Positions 36,922-46,486 of a stretch of DNA of 64,000 bases are shown here, in pieces. Position 1 is the stretch's first letter. Every line of letters starts with the position of its first letter. The notes beneath the pieces are model-generated. The model was not told the DNA's origin and did no database searches. It was given only the letters and a program-made list of their open reading frames with translations. Source of the DNA: an uncultured Pseudobdellovibrionaceae bacterium (GTDB lineage: Bacteria; Bdellovibrionota; Bdellovibrionia; Bdellovibrionales; UBA1609); the NCBI GenBank assembly GCA_964453895.1, contig CAYVRZ010000001.1, forward strand, positions 124,170 to 188,169, in the 5' to 3' direction. Both the position numbers and the translations under genes were made by a program.

Positions 36922-37734
36922 ATGCGCCTTCTTGTGCTTGGCCTAATTATCTCGCTGCAGTCTTGCAATCCGGTCTTTGCCCAGGTTGAGGAGGAAGCTG
37001 CGCCGACGCTGGGCCCACACGAAGTGGCCGCCGGCGACAAAATCGATTACGAAGACAGCTCCATTCTTCAGCGCCACAACCCGTTCTATTTTGTCTATGG
37101 CGAGCCACTTAGCAAATTGCAGCTGAGCTTTAAGTCGCCCGCGTTTCGCGATGTTCCGCTGTACTTTGGGTACACACAGTTTATGTTTTGGGCCCTGACC
37201 GAAGAATCGAAGCCGTTTCGCGATCTCACCTACAATCCAGAATTGTTTTACCGCTGGTCGCCGCACGATTGGGGTTGGCTGACTTCGGTGGATTTTGGAA
37301 TTCTCGGCCACCACTCCAACGGCAAACGTGGGCCCGATTCACGCTCCTATGATAAACAGTACGTTCGCTTTAATTTCGAGAATGAGGGCCGCCGCTGGCT
37401 GACGCGATTCTCACTGCAAGGCGCTTACCTTTATGGTTTTGATCCGACCAATAAAGACATTCAGAATTATGTTGGCCCGCTGAGTTTATCGGTCTCGTTC
37501 GTGCAGCTGTTCGACTCATGGATCGACAAGAGCGAGGTGGCCTTTATGGCCGCGCCCGGCGGAAAGTTTTCGACCCGCTGGGATCAAGGCGGCTATCAGT
37601 TGTCGTGGTCATTTCGCCTCGGCGGCTTCGCTTTGGTTCCGTCGTTTTATATGCAGTACTATTACGGCTACGCCGAAACGCTGCTGAACTACAATGTGGA
37701 CGTGCGCGAATTCCGCGGCGGTGTGATCTTCTAG
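36922..37734 (+). CDS. pldA: Outer-membrane phospholipase A1 (OMPLA)
   Basis: Signal peptide; catalytic region GILGHHSNGKRGPDSRSYDKQY matches OMPLA His-Ser-Asn (HxSNG...SRS.N); C-terminal F. Confidence 0.85.
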   Translation: MRLLVLGLIISLQSCNPVFAQVEEEAAPTLGPHEVAAGDKIDYEDSSILQRHNPFYFVYGEPLSKLQLSFKSPAFRDVPLYFGYTQFMFWALTEESKPFRDLTYNPELFYRWSPHDWGWLTSVDFGILGHHSNGKRGPDSRSYDKQYVRFNFENEGRRWLTRFSLQGAYLYGFDPTNKDIQNYVGPLSLSVSFVQLFDSWIDKSEVAFMAAPGGKFSTRWDQGGYQLSWSFRLGGFALVPSFYMQYYYGYAETLLNYNVDVREFRGGVIF

Positions 37735-37744
37735 AAATTTCGAA

Positions 37745-38152
37745 TTACATTTTTGGTTTAAGACTCTCAAGAATAGTTTTGACCTTCGCGTGGCGAATGA
37801 TCGTGTCGGGATTATTCAAATACGAAGTGTACTTGTTCCAAAAATCTTGATTGCGGTTCTCGCCCGGTTTTTCGATCAAGGCGAGGACTTCATTGGCGAT
37901 TTGATTGGCATCTTGGCCGGTCAGGTTAGTGACCTCATCGACGATCGTATCAATATGCACGATCACGGCACTCATTAGTCTAAGCCAGCTAAAGCGCGGA
38001 TCGTGCAGGGACGCGGCCAATAACTCATAAGGGCCGAGCGCTTTGCCTGACTCCGCCTCCGCCGCTTTCGCTTCAAGCATAAGGAGATCGCGATGCAGTT
38101 CCTGCAGGGCCTGACTTAGGTCCTGCAGGGATCGTTTCACCTTCTCGTGCAT
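37745..38152 (-). CDS. Hypothetical cytoplasmic protein
   Basis: 135 aa helical; no motif. Confidence 0.4.
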   Translation of the reverse strand: MHEKVKRSLQDLSQALQELHRDLLMLEAKAAEAESGKALGPYELLAASLHDPRFSWLRLMSAVIVHIDTIVDEVTNLTGQDANQIANEVLALIEKPGENRNQDFWNKYTSYLNNPDTIIRHAKVKTILESLKPKM

Positions 38153-38604
38153 TATTCCAAAACGCGGAAAGACGAACAGTAGTATCCGCGACCATAGTTG
38201 TTGTTGCGTAACGAAATATCGACTTGCTCAAGCCCGCTCGCTTCGGCGATCACCGATCCGGCATCGAGAGTTGCGCGAATCATGTGGGGGGCATTGCTGT
38301 TGTCGGCAAAAACTTTAAACTCCATGCTCAAAGTCAGAGCATGTCGGTCGATCGAGGTTTGGTAGTGGGCGCGATAGAGTTCAAAGTTAGCACCCTCTTT
38401 TGGATAATTGGGATCGCGAAAGGCTTGAGCCAGTGCGGGTGCACCACCACTTAAATTATTCCAGCGGCACACATAACCTTCAGGCGAGTTATAGCAGCTA
38501 TAAGCCTTAGGCGTACATTGAACTTCAACTTGCTTGGCCCAAGCTGTGGAATACGGCAACGCGAACGCAGAAACTGCGAAGGCAAAGTTAAAAAATAAAC
38601 GCAT
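38152..38604 (-). CDS. Hypothetical secreted Cys-containing protein
   Basis: Internal Met gives MRLFFNFAFAVSAFALPYSTAWA signal; 6 Cys. Confidence 0.45.
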   Translation of the reverse strand: MRLFFNFAFAVSAFALPYSTAWAKQVEVQCTPKAYSCYNSPEGYVCRWNNLSGGAPALAQAFRDPNYPKEGANFELYRAHYQTSIDRHALTLSMEFKVFADNSNAPHMIRATLDAGSVIAEASGLEQVDISLRNNNYGRGYYCSSFRVLE

Positions 38605-38669
38605 ATTTGCTCCCCCGAGAAATTGACTAGAGATGAGTCTAGCCATGGGGGAGGGACTGAATCAAGCCC

Positions 38670-38963
38670 TCAATCGAAGCGCAGGGCCTTCCATTTTTCG
38701 AGTTTATCGCCCACCTTCGACATCAGCTTCTCGCTGAGTTCAGAAAACCCTACATCTGTAGCCTTAACCACAAAGTTTTCTGCGGTGGATGTGACCTTGA
38801 TCACGCCTTCAAACAATCCGTTGGTGAGCGTGAATGTCGCCTGCAGCAGTGAACGGCTGGGCGATTTCAAATGGAGGCGATTCAAAACGAAGTAAAGCTT
38901 CGATCGCATGTCCGCGGTCGGTTCAAATCCTGAGAACGATGTCTTTACGTCTTCGGACAACAT
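38670..38963 (-). CDS. hpf: Ribosome hibernation promoting factor / RaiA (YfiA) family protein
   Basis: 97 aa; pattern SKLYFVLNRL...ATFTLTNGLFEGVIKV...ENFVVKATDVGFSELSEKLMSKVGDKLEKWK parallels HPF (EKLEKL...ATLHVNGGELHAEA...DMYAAIDLLVDKLERQLRKHK). Confidence 0.55.
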   Translation of the reverse strand: MLSEDVKTSFSGFEPTADMRSKLYFVLNRLHLKSPSRSLLQATFTLTNGLFEGVIKVTSTAENFVVKATDVGFSELSEKLMSKVGDKLEKWKALRFD

Positions 38964-39065
38964 CCATACCTCCTATGTTGTCGTGAGCACCTACTTGAAT
39001 TATATGCGTAACTTTTGTCAATACCCAAAGAAGTTTTTACTCTTCAGCAACTTTTCTGACGGGTA

Positions 39066-39698
39066 TTAACTCAGCTTAGAGAGCCAGTATTGCGCCTGCC
39101 GCGCGAGAATCGGATCTGAAGTCCGGCTCAATAGTTCTCGCAGCATAACTCTCGCCTCGCGCGGAGGCATGCGCTGGACAAGGGTTTCCAGGCTTTGAGC
39201 GCGGAGTACAACTTCATTGGAATGCTCGCGATCCGAGGCCATATCGGGAATTTTCGCAAAACAAACTTCTTTTAATAGAGCTACAGCTCCACCCGCCTCA
39301 GCCAGCCCAAGCATGTAAACGGCAAGAAAGCGGGCGTCGCCAGATAAATTTTTATCGAGAGCGGAGCGCTTGAGAAATTTTAAATCCTGCGAGTTCAAAC
39401 GCGAGGCCTTGTCTTTGAGACGGATCATGGTCTGGTCTGGATTGGGGTCGACCTGGCCAATGCGCACCGATTCTTCGAGCAGCCATCTTTCAGTGGTCAA
39501 TACTTCAACCGGCGGTGGGCGCTTGAGAGGCGACGGGAGTGGCGGTTCAGCAAAGGCGATGGGCGCGGATTCGATAATCCGGGTGATCGTCGGGGTAATG
39601 GTTCCAATCGAGTTGCGGTCTTCCGGCGCTAAATCTCCGGAATTTAGCCAAAGCAGCAAAAATGCGGCGGCCAAAAAGGCCAATATTGAAATGCGCAT
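39066..39698 (-). CDS. Hypothetical secreted helical-repeat protein
   Basis: Signal peptide MRISILAFLAAAFLLLWLNSG; helical repeats; translationally coupled to the upstream protease. Confidence 0.4.
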   Translation of the reverse strand: MRISILAFLAAAFLLLWLNSGDLAPEDRNSIGTITPTITRIIESAPIAFAEPPLPSPLKRPPPVEVLTTERWLLEESVRIGQVDPNPDQTMIRLKDKASRLNSQDLKFLKRSALDKNLSGDARFLAVYMLGLAEAGGAVALLKEVCFAKIPDMASDREHSNEVVLRAQSLETLVQRMPPREARVMLRELLSRTSDPILARQAQYWLSKLS

Positions 39699-41026
39699 CA
39701 GTAAAAAACATCAAAGTGCGGAACAAGCGTCATGTCCAGAACCTCGACCCCGTTGAGTTCGCCCCACGGCTGGTTTTTAGAATCGTAAACAACCCCATTT
39801 TCGTCGAGACGAAGGCTCACATTATTAAACTGGGCGAAGCGTCGGGCGCCGGCCGGCCAGGGCATCGGTGTTCGATCACAGCGCAGATTGGGAACCTGGA
39901 TTGGGCAGTACGTGCGATCTTTAAAGATGGCAAAAAGCCCGGGCTGCCCCATGGGATTGGCCGTGGCGAGGTGATCTACGCCCGGGAGCGGCGTCGCATT
40001 GGACCACGCGCCATTGCCGAAAACGTAGGAATAAATCCGCTCTTGCGCATCCACCGCGTATAAATAGCGGCGCAGATTAATGTCGACTTCCTCCACATCG
40101 ATAATCCCCGCCGGGGGCGACATTTTTAAAAGTTTAAAATAGGAGTAATCATCACTCAGCGCGGGCGCCACATCCGGACGGTCGAGGTCGATGGACCAGG
40201 CACCACTTGGGAGGTTGAGTAAGGTCGCGCCGAGCGATGTGCGTTTTAATTTGAACGACTCAGAGCCGGGGAGCTGCCAGTTGAGGATTTCGGTTTCAGA
40301 CTCGCTGATGCGAGTGAGGCCTTCGCTGGTGCGCGCGATAAGTACATCTTTTGCGGCCATCGGGCTTTCGTTAAACACGAAGTTCGAGCGAGCGAGCAAC
40401 ATCAAGCGGGCCATCGATTGGTAAACGGGGTGAAAGTTCGCGCCCTGCAAGACGACTCGCGCATAGTATTCCATCTCCACGCCGTGCGAACCGCCAGCAC
40501 TCACGCTGGCGTCGCAGCCAGAAATGTTCGAGCCCTTGTAAGGACCATGCTCGCAGTTGGTGTGATAATAACCTTCGGTGTGGCGGGCTTCGTGAATAAT
40601 CGTGCCGACCCGGCCTAGAGTGGAGAGTTTGGCCCAACCGTCTTGCATGGTGAAGTAGCCGCCAGAGTTATAGGCGGTCGCCCACGGGATATCATCGCCG
40701 CGCTGGATGCCGTTGGTCTGCTGGCGCAACCACGAAAAATAATCGGTGGCGGGCACAAACTCTTGAATAAAGATATTGGCTGCGGAGCCGTTGAATTGTC
40801 CGTGCTCGACGATTTGCAGGTCGTTAAATAACTTTTTACTGTCTTTGCTCGAGTCGCACAGCTCGATGCCGCCAAAGGACTCCGAGTCGATATTGAATTC
40901 GTTAATGTAGCGGACCGCCTGCGACTGTTCGATACAGCCGAACTCAGAGTCGAAAGCCGGCAGTGGGTTGGCGGCGGCTCCAGCCGAAATTATCAGCGCG
41001 GTAAGCGCAAGTGATAACCGATCCAT
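39698..41026 (-). CDS. Secreted metzincin-type zinc metalloprotease (HEXXHXXGXXH)
   Basis: ATG at 41026 with AAGGGG SD; signal peptide MDRLSLALTALIISAGAAA; exact metzincin zinc motif HEARHTEGYYH. Confidence 0.6.
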   Translation of the reverse strand: MDRLSLALTALIISAGAAANPLPAFDSEFGCIEQSQAVRYINEFNIDSESFGGIELCDSSKDSKKLFNDLQIVEHGQFNGSAANIFIQEFVPATDYFSWLRQQTNGIQRGDDIPWATAYNSGGYFTMQDGWAKLSTLGRVGTIIHEARHTEGYYHTNCEHGPYKGSNISGCDASVSAGGSHGVEMEYYARVVLQGANFHPVYQSMARLMLLARSNFVFNESPMAAKDVLIARTSEGLTRISESETEILNWQLPGSESFKLKRTSLGATLLNLPSGAWSIDLDRPDVAPALSDDYSYFKLLKMSPPAGIIDVEEVDINLRRYLYAVDAQERIYSYVFGNGAWSNATPLPGVDHLATANPMGQPGLFAIFKDRTYCPIQVPNLRCDRTPMPWPAGARRFAQFNNVSLRLDENGVVYDSKNQPWGELNGVEVLDMTLVPHFDVFY

Positions 41027-41166
41027 GGTTATAATCCCCTTGAAATGGCCGGCTCCGTCCTCGGTGTCGGCCACTAATAGCAAAGCATGGGATTGAAAAA
41101 AGTTCCATAAGCAAAGCTTTTGATGCTTGATGACACGCGGAAGCGCTTTCGGTTACAAAAACCCCC

Positions 41167-42192
41167 ATGGCGATGACGGAACGGGAACTTTTAAATCATT
41201 TGCGCACAAATCCATTTGTGCTCGCGCCGATGGCCGGGATTACCGACCGTCCCTTCCGATCTTTTATGCGAGAGATGGGTTGTGGCGCCGTCATAAGCGA
41301 GTTGGTGAGCTCCACCGGGCTTAAATATTCATCTGAAAAAACCAAAAAGTTGATGGAGTACGAGGAGATTCAACACCCGGTGGGCATTCAGCTGTTTGGA
41401 GAAAATCTTGAGCACCTTACCGAGGCCGGGAAAATTGTCGAACAATGGGGCGTTGATTTTGTCGATATCAATTTTGGCTGCCCAGTTCCAAAGGTCGTGA
41501 ACAAAGGGGCTGGGTCTGCGTGTTTGAAAGACTTAAACAGACTTCGTGATGTGATTCGCGCGGTTAAAAGCGGCGTGAACATTCCCGTCACCATTAAAAT
41601 TCGCACCGGGTGGGATCAAGCCAGCCGAAATTCGCCCGATGTCACGCAAGTGGCTTTTGATGAGGGCGTCACTTGGGTGGCGATTCACGGGCGCACTCGC
41701 GCGCAGGCGTATTCGGGATTTGCCGACTGGGATTACATTCGCGAAGTTAAAATGCGGAGCAAAGTTCCCGTTCTCGGCAATGGCGATATTCACTCAGCGG
41801 GCCGTGCGGTCGAGCGATTGCGCGCCAGCGGCTGCGATGGCGTTATGATTGGCCGTGGGTGTTTGAAAAATCCTTGGATTTTCGCGCAGGCTCGGGCCTT
41901 GCGGGCCGGTGAACCGCTGACGATCACTTCGGCTTTGCTGCCGGTGCTGGGACGGCTTCGCGAATATTTAGACAACTATTATCCTGAGCGTATTATGCTG
42001 ATTCAAATGCGCAAATTTGCCATGTGGTTTTCGGCCGGGTTTCCCGAGGCGAGTTCCTTTCGCAAAAACCTGTTTCAGGCCACCTCTCGGGCCGAAACGT
42101 TAGATACCATTGAGCGCTACTTCTGCGGCCTGAACTCGGTGTCTCAAAATGATACAAGTGGCGAGGCCTTTTTGATGGGCGGGCACGGATAG
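41167..42192 (+). CDS. dus: tRNA-dihydrouridine synthase
   Basis: LAPMAGITDRPFR...IQLFG...DINFGCPV...IKIRTGWD...HGRTR...VLGNGDI...IGRG are Dus-family signatures. Confidence 0.9.
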   Translation: MAMTERELLNHLRTNPFVLAPMAGITDRPFRSFMREMGCGAVISELVSSTGLKYSSEKTKKLMEYEEIQHPVGIQLFGENLEHLTEAGKIVEQWGVDFVDINFGCPVPKVVNKGAGSACLKDLNRLRDVIRAVKSGVNIPVTIKIRTGWDQASRNSPDVTQVAFDEGVTWVAIHGRTRAQAYSGFADWDYIREVKMRSKVPVLGNGDIHSAGRAVERLRASGCDGVMIGRGCLKNPWIFAQARALRAGEPLTITSALLPVLGRLREYLDNYYPERIMLIQMRKFAMWFSAGFPEASSFRKNLFQATSRAETLDTIERYFCGLNSVSQNDTSGEAFLMGGHG

Positions 42193-42260
42193 TCGCACAT
42201 TAGTCGCACATTACCTGCGTCTAGCCTCAAGTCGCGGAATTCCCGATCCGATACAAAGAA

Positions 42261-43454
42261 ATGCCTTCCCCGAAATCCAAGTTTCCTTGGGTCCTTATGA
42301 TGACTTCAGTGAGTTTGGTTGGCGCCTTGATGTTCTTTCAGAACTGCGCCAAAGGGCCGTCGAATTCGGGCGAAGGGGCAGGGGCGTCGAGTGAGCCGCC
42401 GCCCGATCCCGCCTCGCAAGGTCCCGCCGGATCGGCCGATTTCACTCGCGGGCAACTTTTCAATTACAATTATGTGCCGATGAAGTCGCAAATGGTGCAA
42501 ACCATGATCGACGGCTTTGGTTATTACAATTACGCCGGCGCGAAAGCGGTGGCGATATCCGCCGATGGCTTGGGCTTCGCAGTTCGCCGGGCCGTGGGTC
42601 AGCATGACGATGCCCGCCGCGGAGCTTTAGAAGGTTGCTTCGCCATTTCGGGCGGCAAGCCCTGCTTGCTGATTGCCGATGGATACAATTTCAATGTGGA
42701 TTTTGCCACGATGTCGCCCGCGAGTTTTACTTTTACAATGGCGACGCCGACGACTTTAAGCGCAGACAAAGTGCCGTTTCTGCCGAACAACACCCGCACG
42801 CAAGTGATCAGCGATTATAAATTGTCAGCGTCACCCAAAGCTTTGGCGATTAGTTTAGATGGCGCCTACGCATGGGTGGCCCATACGACCCAGTTTCCCA
42901 TACTCTCAGCTGTTGAGGCCCGGCGCGTGGCGCTGGAGCGCTGCGAACTTATGGCGGCATTTTCGCCGTGCACTTTGTTCGCGCAGGATGAGCAGGTTGT
43001 TTTTAATCCGGCGCAAATCAATCGCACGCCGGTGATCGACTACACTCGCACTGTGATGGGTTCAAATATTCCCGGTATGCGCGACCAGGTTTTCACCAAC
43101 AACATGACCAACGATTATTTGCCTAAAGTGACGACCAATAAAAGCGGCGCGATTTATATCACCGCCGATGGACGTGGCGGATACGGGATCAACGACACGG
43201 CGGCCACGGCCGATAGTGATGCCCGTGTGGCTTGTGAGGCGAATAAGATCAATTACCCGTGCTTTCGCTACGCCATTAACCAGGCCGTTCAAGGTGTCGC
43301 CGCGAATCTTTTAGCGATCACGTCGTATTCACTTAACACGCATTGTAAATCCGTGCCCCGCCAATCGTGCGCGCATCACAAGCAGATGGGCTGCCCGGGC
43401 GGGTCTTATTACACATTGTCCGCTGGTCCGGTCGCGGCTGAGAATTGCCCTTAG
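42261..43454 (+). CDS. Hypothetical lipoprotein (Cys-rich)
   Basis: MPSPKSKFPWVLMMTSVSLVGALMFFQNC has the same FQNC lipobox-like motif as the Kelch protein; 12 Cys in the mature part. Confidence 0.5.
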   Translation: MPSPKSKFPWVLMMTSVSLVGALMFFQNCAKGPSNSGEGAGASSEPPPDPASQGPAGSADFTRGQLFNYNYVPMKSQMVQTMIDGFGYYNYAGAKAVAISADGLGFAVRRAVGQHDDARRGALEGCFAISGGKPCLLIADGYNFNVDFATMSPASFTFTMATPTTLSADKVPFLPNNTRTQVISDYKLSASPKALAISLDGAYAWVAHTTQFPILSAVEARRVALERCELMAAFSPCTLFAQDEQVVFNPAQINRTPVIDYTRTVMGSNIPGMRDQVFTNNMTNDYLPKVTTNKSGAIYITADGRGGYGINDTAATADSDARVACEANKINYPCFRYAINQAVQGVAANLLAITSYSLNTHCKSVPRQSCAHHKQMGCPGGSYYTLSAGPVAAENCP

Positions 43455-43480
43455 CCGCAATCTGATGTTAGCCTTGCACA

Positions 43481-43981
43481 ATGACGGGACCTAATCCAGC
43501 GGCCACATTTCGATCCCTGATCACCGGTAAAGAAAAGCTCTTAGTGCGTTTGATCGGGCCGATCACTGAGGTCGCCGATTTTGGGCCATTGCAATTTTCG
43601 CGTTTGCGGCCGGTGGAGATTGATTTGGGTGAGGTCACCGCAATGAATTCGATCGGCATTCGCGATTTTGCCGCATGGATGGCGAGTCTTGAGAATCCGG
43701 TCATTGAGTTTTCGCATTGCCCGAAATTTTTTATCGATCAGGTGAATATGATAATTGGGCTTGTCCCGGTCCGGGCGAGTTTTTTGAGTTTCTACGTCCC
43801 GTTTTTCAGTTCGGTGACGGACGAGGAAAAGCGTGTCTTGTTTGTAAAAGGCATGGAGTACAAGGGCGTTGGCGAAAACGTAACAATCGAGCTGCCAGAG
43901 GTCCGCGATTCCAAAGGCAACCCGATGGAGCTCGATGTCGTTTCGGATCGTTATTTTGAGTTTTTAAAGCGGCATCCCTAA
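43481..43981 (+). CDS. STAS-domain-like protein (anti-sigma-antagonist fold), uncertain
   Basis: LLVRLIGPI...VEIDLGEVTAMNSIGIRDFAAWMASL resembles SpoIIAA/STAS. Weak. Confidence 0.3.
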   Translation: MTGPNPAATFRSLITGKEKLLVRLIGPITEVADFGPLQFSRLRPVEIDLGEVTAMNSIGIRDFAAWMASLENPVIEFSHCPKFFIDQVNMIIGLVPVRASFLSFYVPFFSSVTDEEKRVLFVKGMEYKGVGENVTIELPEVRDSKGNPMELDVVSDRYFEFLKRHP

Positions 43982-43983
43982 GA

Positions 43984-44994
43984 CTATTCGAAATCTTCTG
44001 GGCTCTCATTGATTGAATTCACTTCCCGCGAGGCATCGTCCTCGGTTTCTTCAACTGGCTCGGGCACGGCCACGGCGCGCTCCGAAGCTTCACTCTCTTC
44101 TAGAGATCGTTCAACCGCTTCGGGATCAAATTCTAAATCTGAAGCCTTAGGCAGCGGTACGTCCGTCTCTAAACTCCATGAAGGCGCAGTCGAGAAAGAC
44201 GCCATGCCAATGCCTGTCCACGGAAAGTCGCCGAGCAAGGAGGCCGAGCGTTCATAACCTTCCGGCGTCAGCTTTCCGTAGGCGGCCATGCGCTTCAAAA
44301 TAATCGTGACCATTTTTTTAGAAAACGGAGTCAACGCACCCTTGCGAAAGCCCTGCGAATAAACTTTTGGATTGGGCAGCAGGTGCGCGAGATAGGCGGC
44401 CTCAAGAGGGTTTAGCTGACTCGCTGGTTTTTTGAAATAGTGCTCAGCCGCGTTTTTTACACCATAGAGTCCGGGCCCGAATTCCACCACGTTCAAATAT
44501 TTCTCTAATATAAAATCTTTTTTGTAGTGACTCTCGATGCCGTGAGCGATGTAGGCCTCTTTCAATTTGCGTAGGAGCGACTTTTCTTGATTGAGAAATA
44601 CATTTTTGGCGAGCTGCTGGGTCAGTGTGGAGCCACCGCGTTTGGCGGCACCGGTTTTGAGATTGGCCTCAAAGCTCTCTTGAATCTCTTTCCAATCAAA
44701 ACCTTTGTGCGAATAAAAACTTCCATCCTCCGCCACGATCACCGCGTGAATCATAAACGGCGAAACATCGTTGAGCTTTACATAGCTCGGCGAACCTGGA
44801 CAAAGTTTTACTTGAAACATCGAAGTTACAAAACACCGTTCAAGAAGTGTGATATCGGGAATGGTAAGCAAGAGCCCGGCGATCACAACGCCGAGGAGCA
44901 GAATGGCGCTGAACACCATTTTCAAAAAGCTGCCGAACAAAGAGGGCTTGGGCGGCAGAGGTCTTACTTCAAATAACCGTTGTGCTTCATCCAT
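43984..44994 (-). CDS. mtgA: Monofunctional peptidoglycan glycosyltransferase (GT51)
   Basis: N-terminal TM; AVIVAEDGSFYSHKGFD, RGGSTLTQQLAKN, RKLKEA are GT51 motifs; acidic C-terminal tail. Confidence 0.85.
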   Translation of the reverse strand: MDEAQRLFEVRPLPPKPSLFGSFLKMVFSAILLLGVVIAGLLLTIPDITLLERCFVTSMFQVKLCPGSPSYVKLNDVSPFMIHAVIVAEDGSFYSHKGFDWKEIQESFEANLKTGAAKRGGSTLTQQLAKNVFLNQEKSLLRKLKEAYIAHGIESHYKKDFILEKYLNVVEFGPGLYGVKNAAEHYFKKPASQLNPLEAAYLAHLLPNPKVYSQGFRKGALTPFSKKMVTIILKRMAAYGKLTPEGYERSASLLGDFPWTGIGMASFSTAPSWSLETDVPLPKASDLEFDPEAVERSLEESEASERAVAVPEPVEETEDDASREVNSINESPEDFE

Positions 44995-45944
44995 TCAACG
45001 CTCTCGGCGATCGACTCCTGGGCTGGGCGTGGGCGAAAATTTAACTCGGCGGTGGCCTTCGCGTGGTCGAACCAATGGTACAAGACCGACGTCCAGGCAT
45101 TCTCTCCGCTGATAGGTCCTTTTCGGCCGATTTTCTCCAATCCATCACCCAGTTTTCCGAGCGCGTGGACCACAAAATTCGGCAGGTAGATGCCGGGCGG
45201 TTTAACTCCGGCCAGTCCGGCGATTCGCTCGAAAAGATTTTTGATCGTAATGTTCTCTCCGCACAAAATGTAACGCTCGCCGTTTCGACCAACGTCACGA
45301 GCCTTTAGAACGGCGGCAATAACGTCGTGGACCGAAACCACGCTGACTCCACCCGACGTGTAAAACGGGAGCTTACCTTGCGCGACTTTAAGCTGGGTTT
45401 TGCGGCTGCCTTTTTTTGCGTCGGCGGCGCCATAGATCGTGGACGGATTTAAAATTACCGATCCAATTAAGCCCTTTGTCGTCGCGCTTTTTACAATTTC
45501 TTCGGCCCGCCGTTTGGTATCGAAATAGCCGAGATCGAGATGGCTTAAGTTGTACGGGCTATCTTCGTTCATAGGAGTTTTGTCGAAGCTGGCACCGACC
45601 GCCACGACCGAACTCATATAAACCAACTTTTTCGGCGTCTTTTTTAGGGCGTCGACCACGTTCTGCGTGCCTTGAACATTGACCCGCTCCATCTGACCCC
45701 GCATCGAGCGGGTGTATCCGACCACGCCCGCGAGGTGAAAAACTGTACCAACGTCCTGAACCGCTTTTGTGAGAGAAGAAGGGTCGGTGATATCACCCAG
45801 GCAGGACTTAAATGTTAAACCCTGCAAATCGTCCAGCGATGAATTTGCGCGATGAAGGACGTGGACCGTCTCGCGCTGCTCAATGAGGCGGCGGACCAAC
45901 CAAGACCCTACGAATCCCGTCGCGCCGGTTACTAGCACTGCCAT
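44964..45944 (-). CDS. NAD-dependent epimerase/dehydratase (extended SDR)
   Basis: VLVTGATGFVGSWLVRRL Rossmann motif; Y/K catalytic motif region. Confidence 0.8.
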   Translation of the reverse strand: MAVLVTGATGFVGSWLVRRLIEQRETVHVLHRANSSLDDLQGLTFKSCLGDITDPSSLTKAVQDVGTVFHLAGVVGYTRSMRGQMERVNVQGTQNVVDALKKTPKKLVYMSSVVAVGASFDKTPMNEDSPYNLSHLDLGYFDTKRRAEEIVKSATTKGLIGSVILNPSTIYGAADAKKGSRKTQLKVAQGKLPFYTSGGVSVVSVHDVIAAVLKARDVGRNGERYILCGENITIKNLFERIAGLAGVKPPGIYLPNFVVHALGKLGDGLEKIGRKGPISGENAWTSVLYHWFDHAKATAELNFRPRPAQESIAESVEWMKHNGYLK

Positions 45945-45994
45945 TCGGGTGATGATATGCTAACATTACTTTAAATTGTAGAGGGGACTACATC

Positions 45995-46459
45995 ATGAGC
46001 CGTGCATTAATTCAAAATGTCTACTTGTTTAAAACTTTCGAACCCAAAGAGCTTGATGCTGTCGGTGAGACTGGCAAATTGGAGTCGTTTCAAAAAGGCG
46101 ACACCATTTTTATCAAAGGTGAAGCGGCGAGTGCCCTTTATTTGATCAAACATGGCTCGGTGATTATTCAACAGTCGACCAAGTCGGGCGACCACCTAAC
46201 CGTAGCCACTTTGGGTACCGGCAGCCATTTCGGCGAAATGCCCTTTATCGACGGCCAAATGCGCTCGGCGTCCGCCGCCGCGGCCGAACAGACGGAACTG
46301 ATTGTTATACCTTATGACAAATTGAAAATGTTCTTGAGCCAAAACAAAGACGCTGCGGTGAAGTTTTATCGCGACCTTTCGCACTTTTTGTGTGGCCGGC
46401 TCCGCGTGACGACGACGGACCTAAGTTTTGCGCGCGAGAAAAATTTAAGCCACTTCTAG
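45995..46459 (+). CDS. Cyclic-nucleotide-binding domain protein
   Basis: cNMP-binding signature FGEMPFIDGQMRSASAAA and an FKGD/GE beta-roll. Confidence 0.75.
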   Translation: MSRALIQNVYLFKTFEPKELDAVGETGKLESFQKGDTIFIKGEAASALYLIKHGSVIIQQSTKSGDHLTVATLGTGSHFGEMPFIDGQMRSASAAAAEQTELIVIPYDKLKMFLSQNKDAAVKFYRDLSHFLCGRLRVTTTDLSFAREKNLSHF

Positions 46460-46486
46460 GTTTTAGCAACTCGGGGGAGTAGCAGC

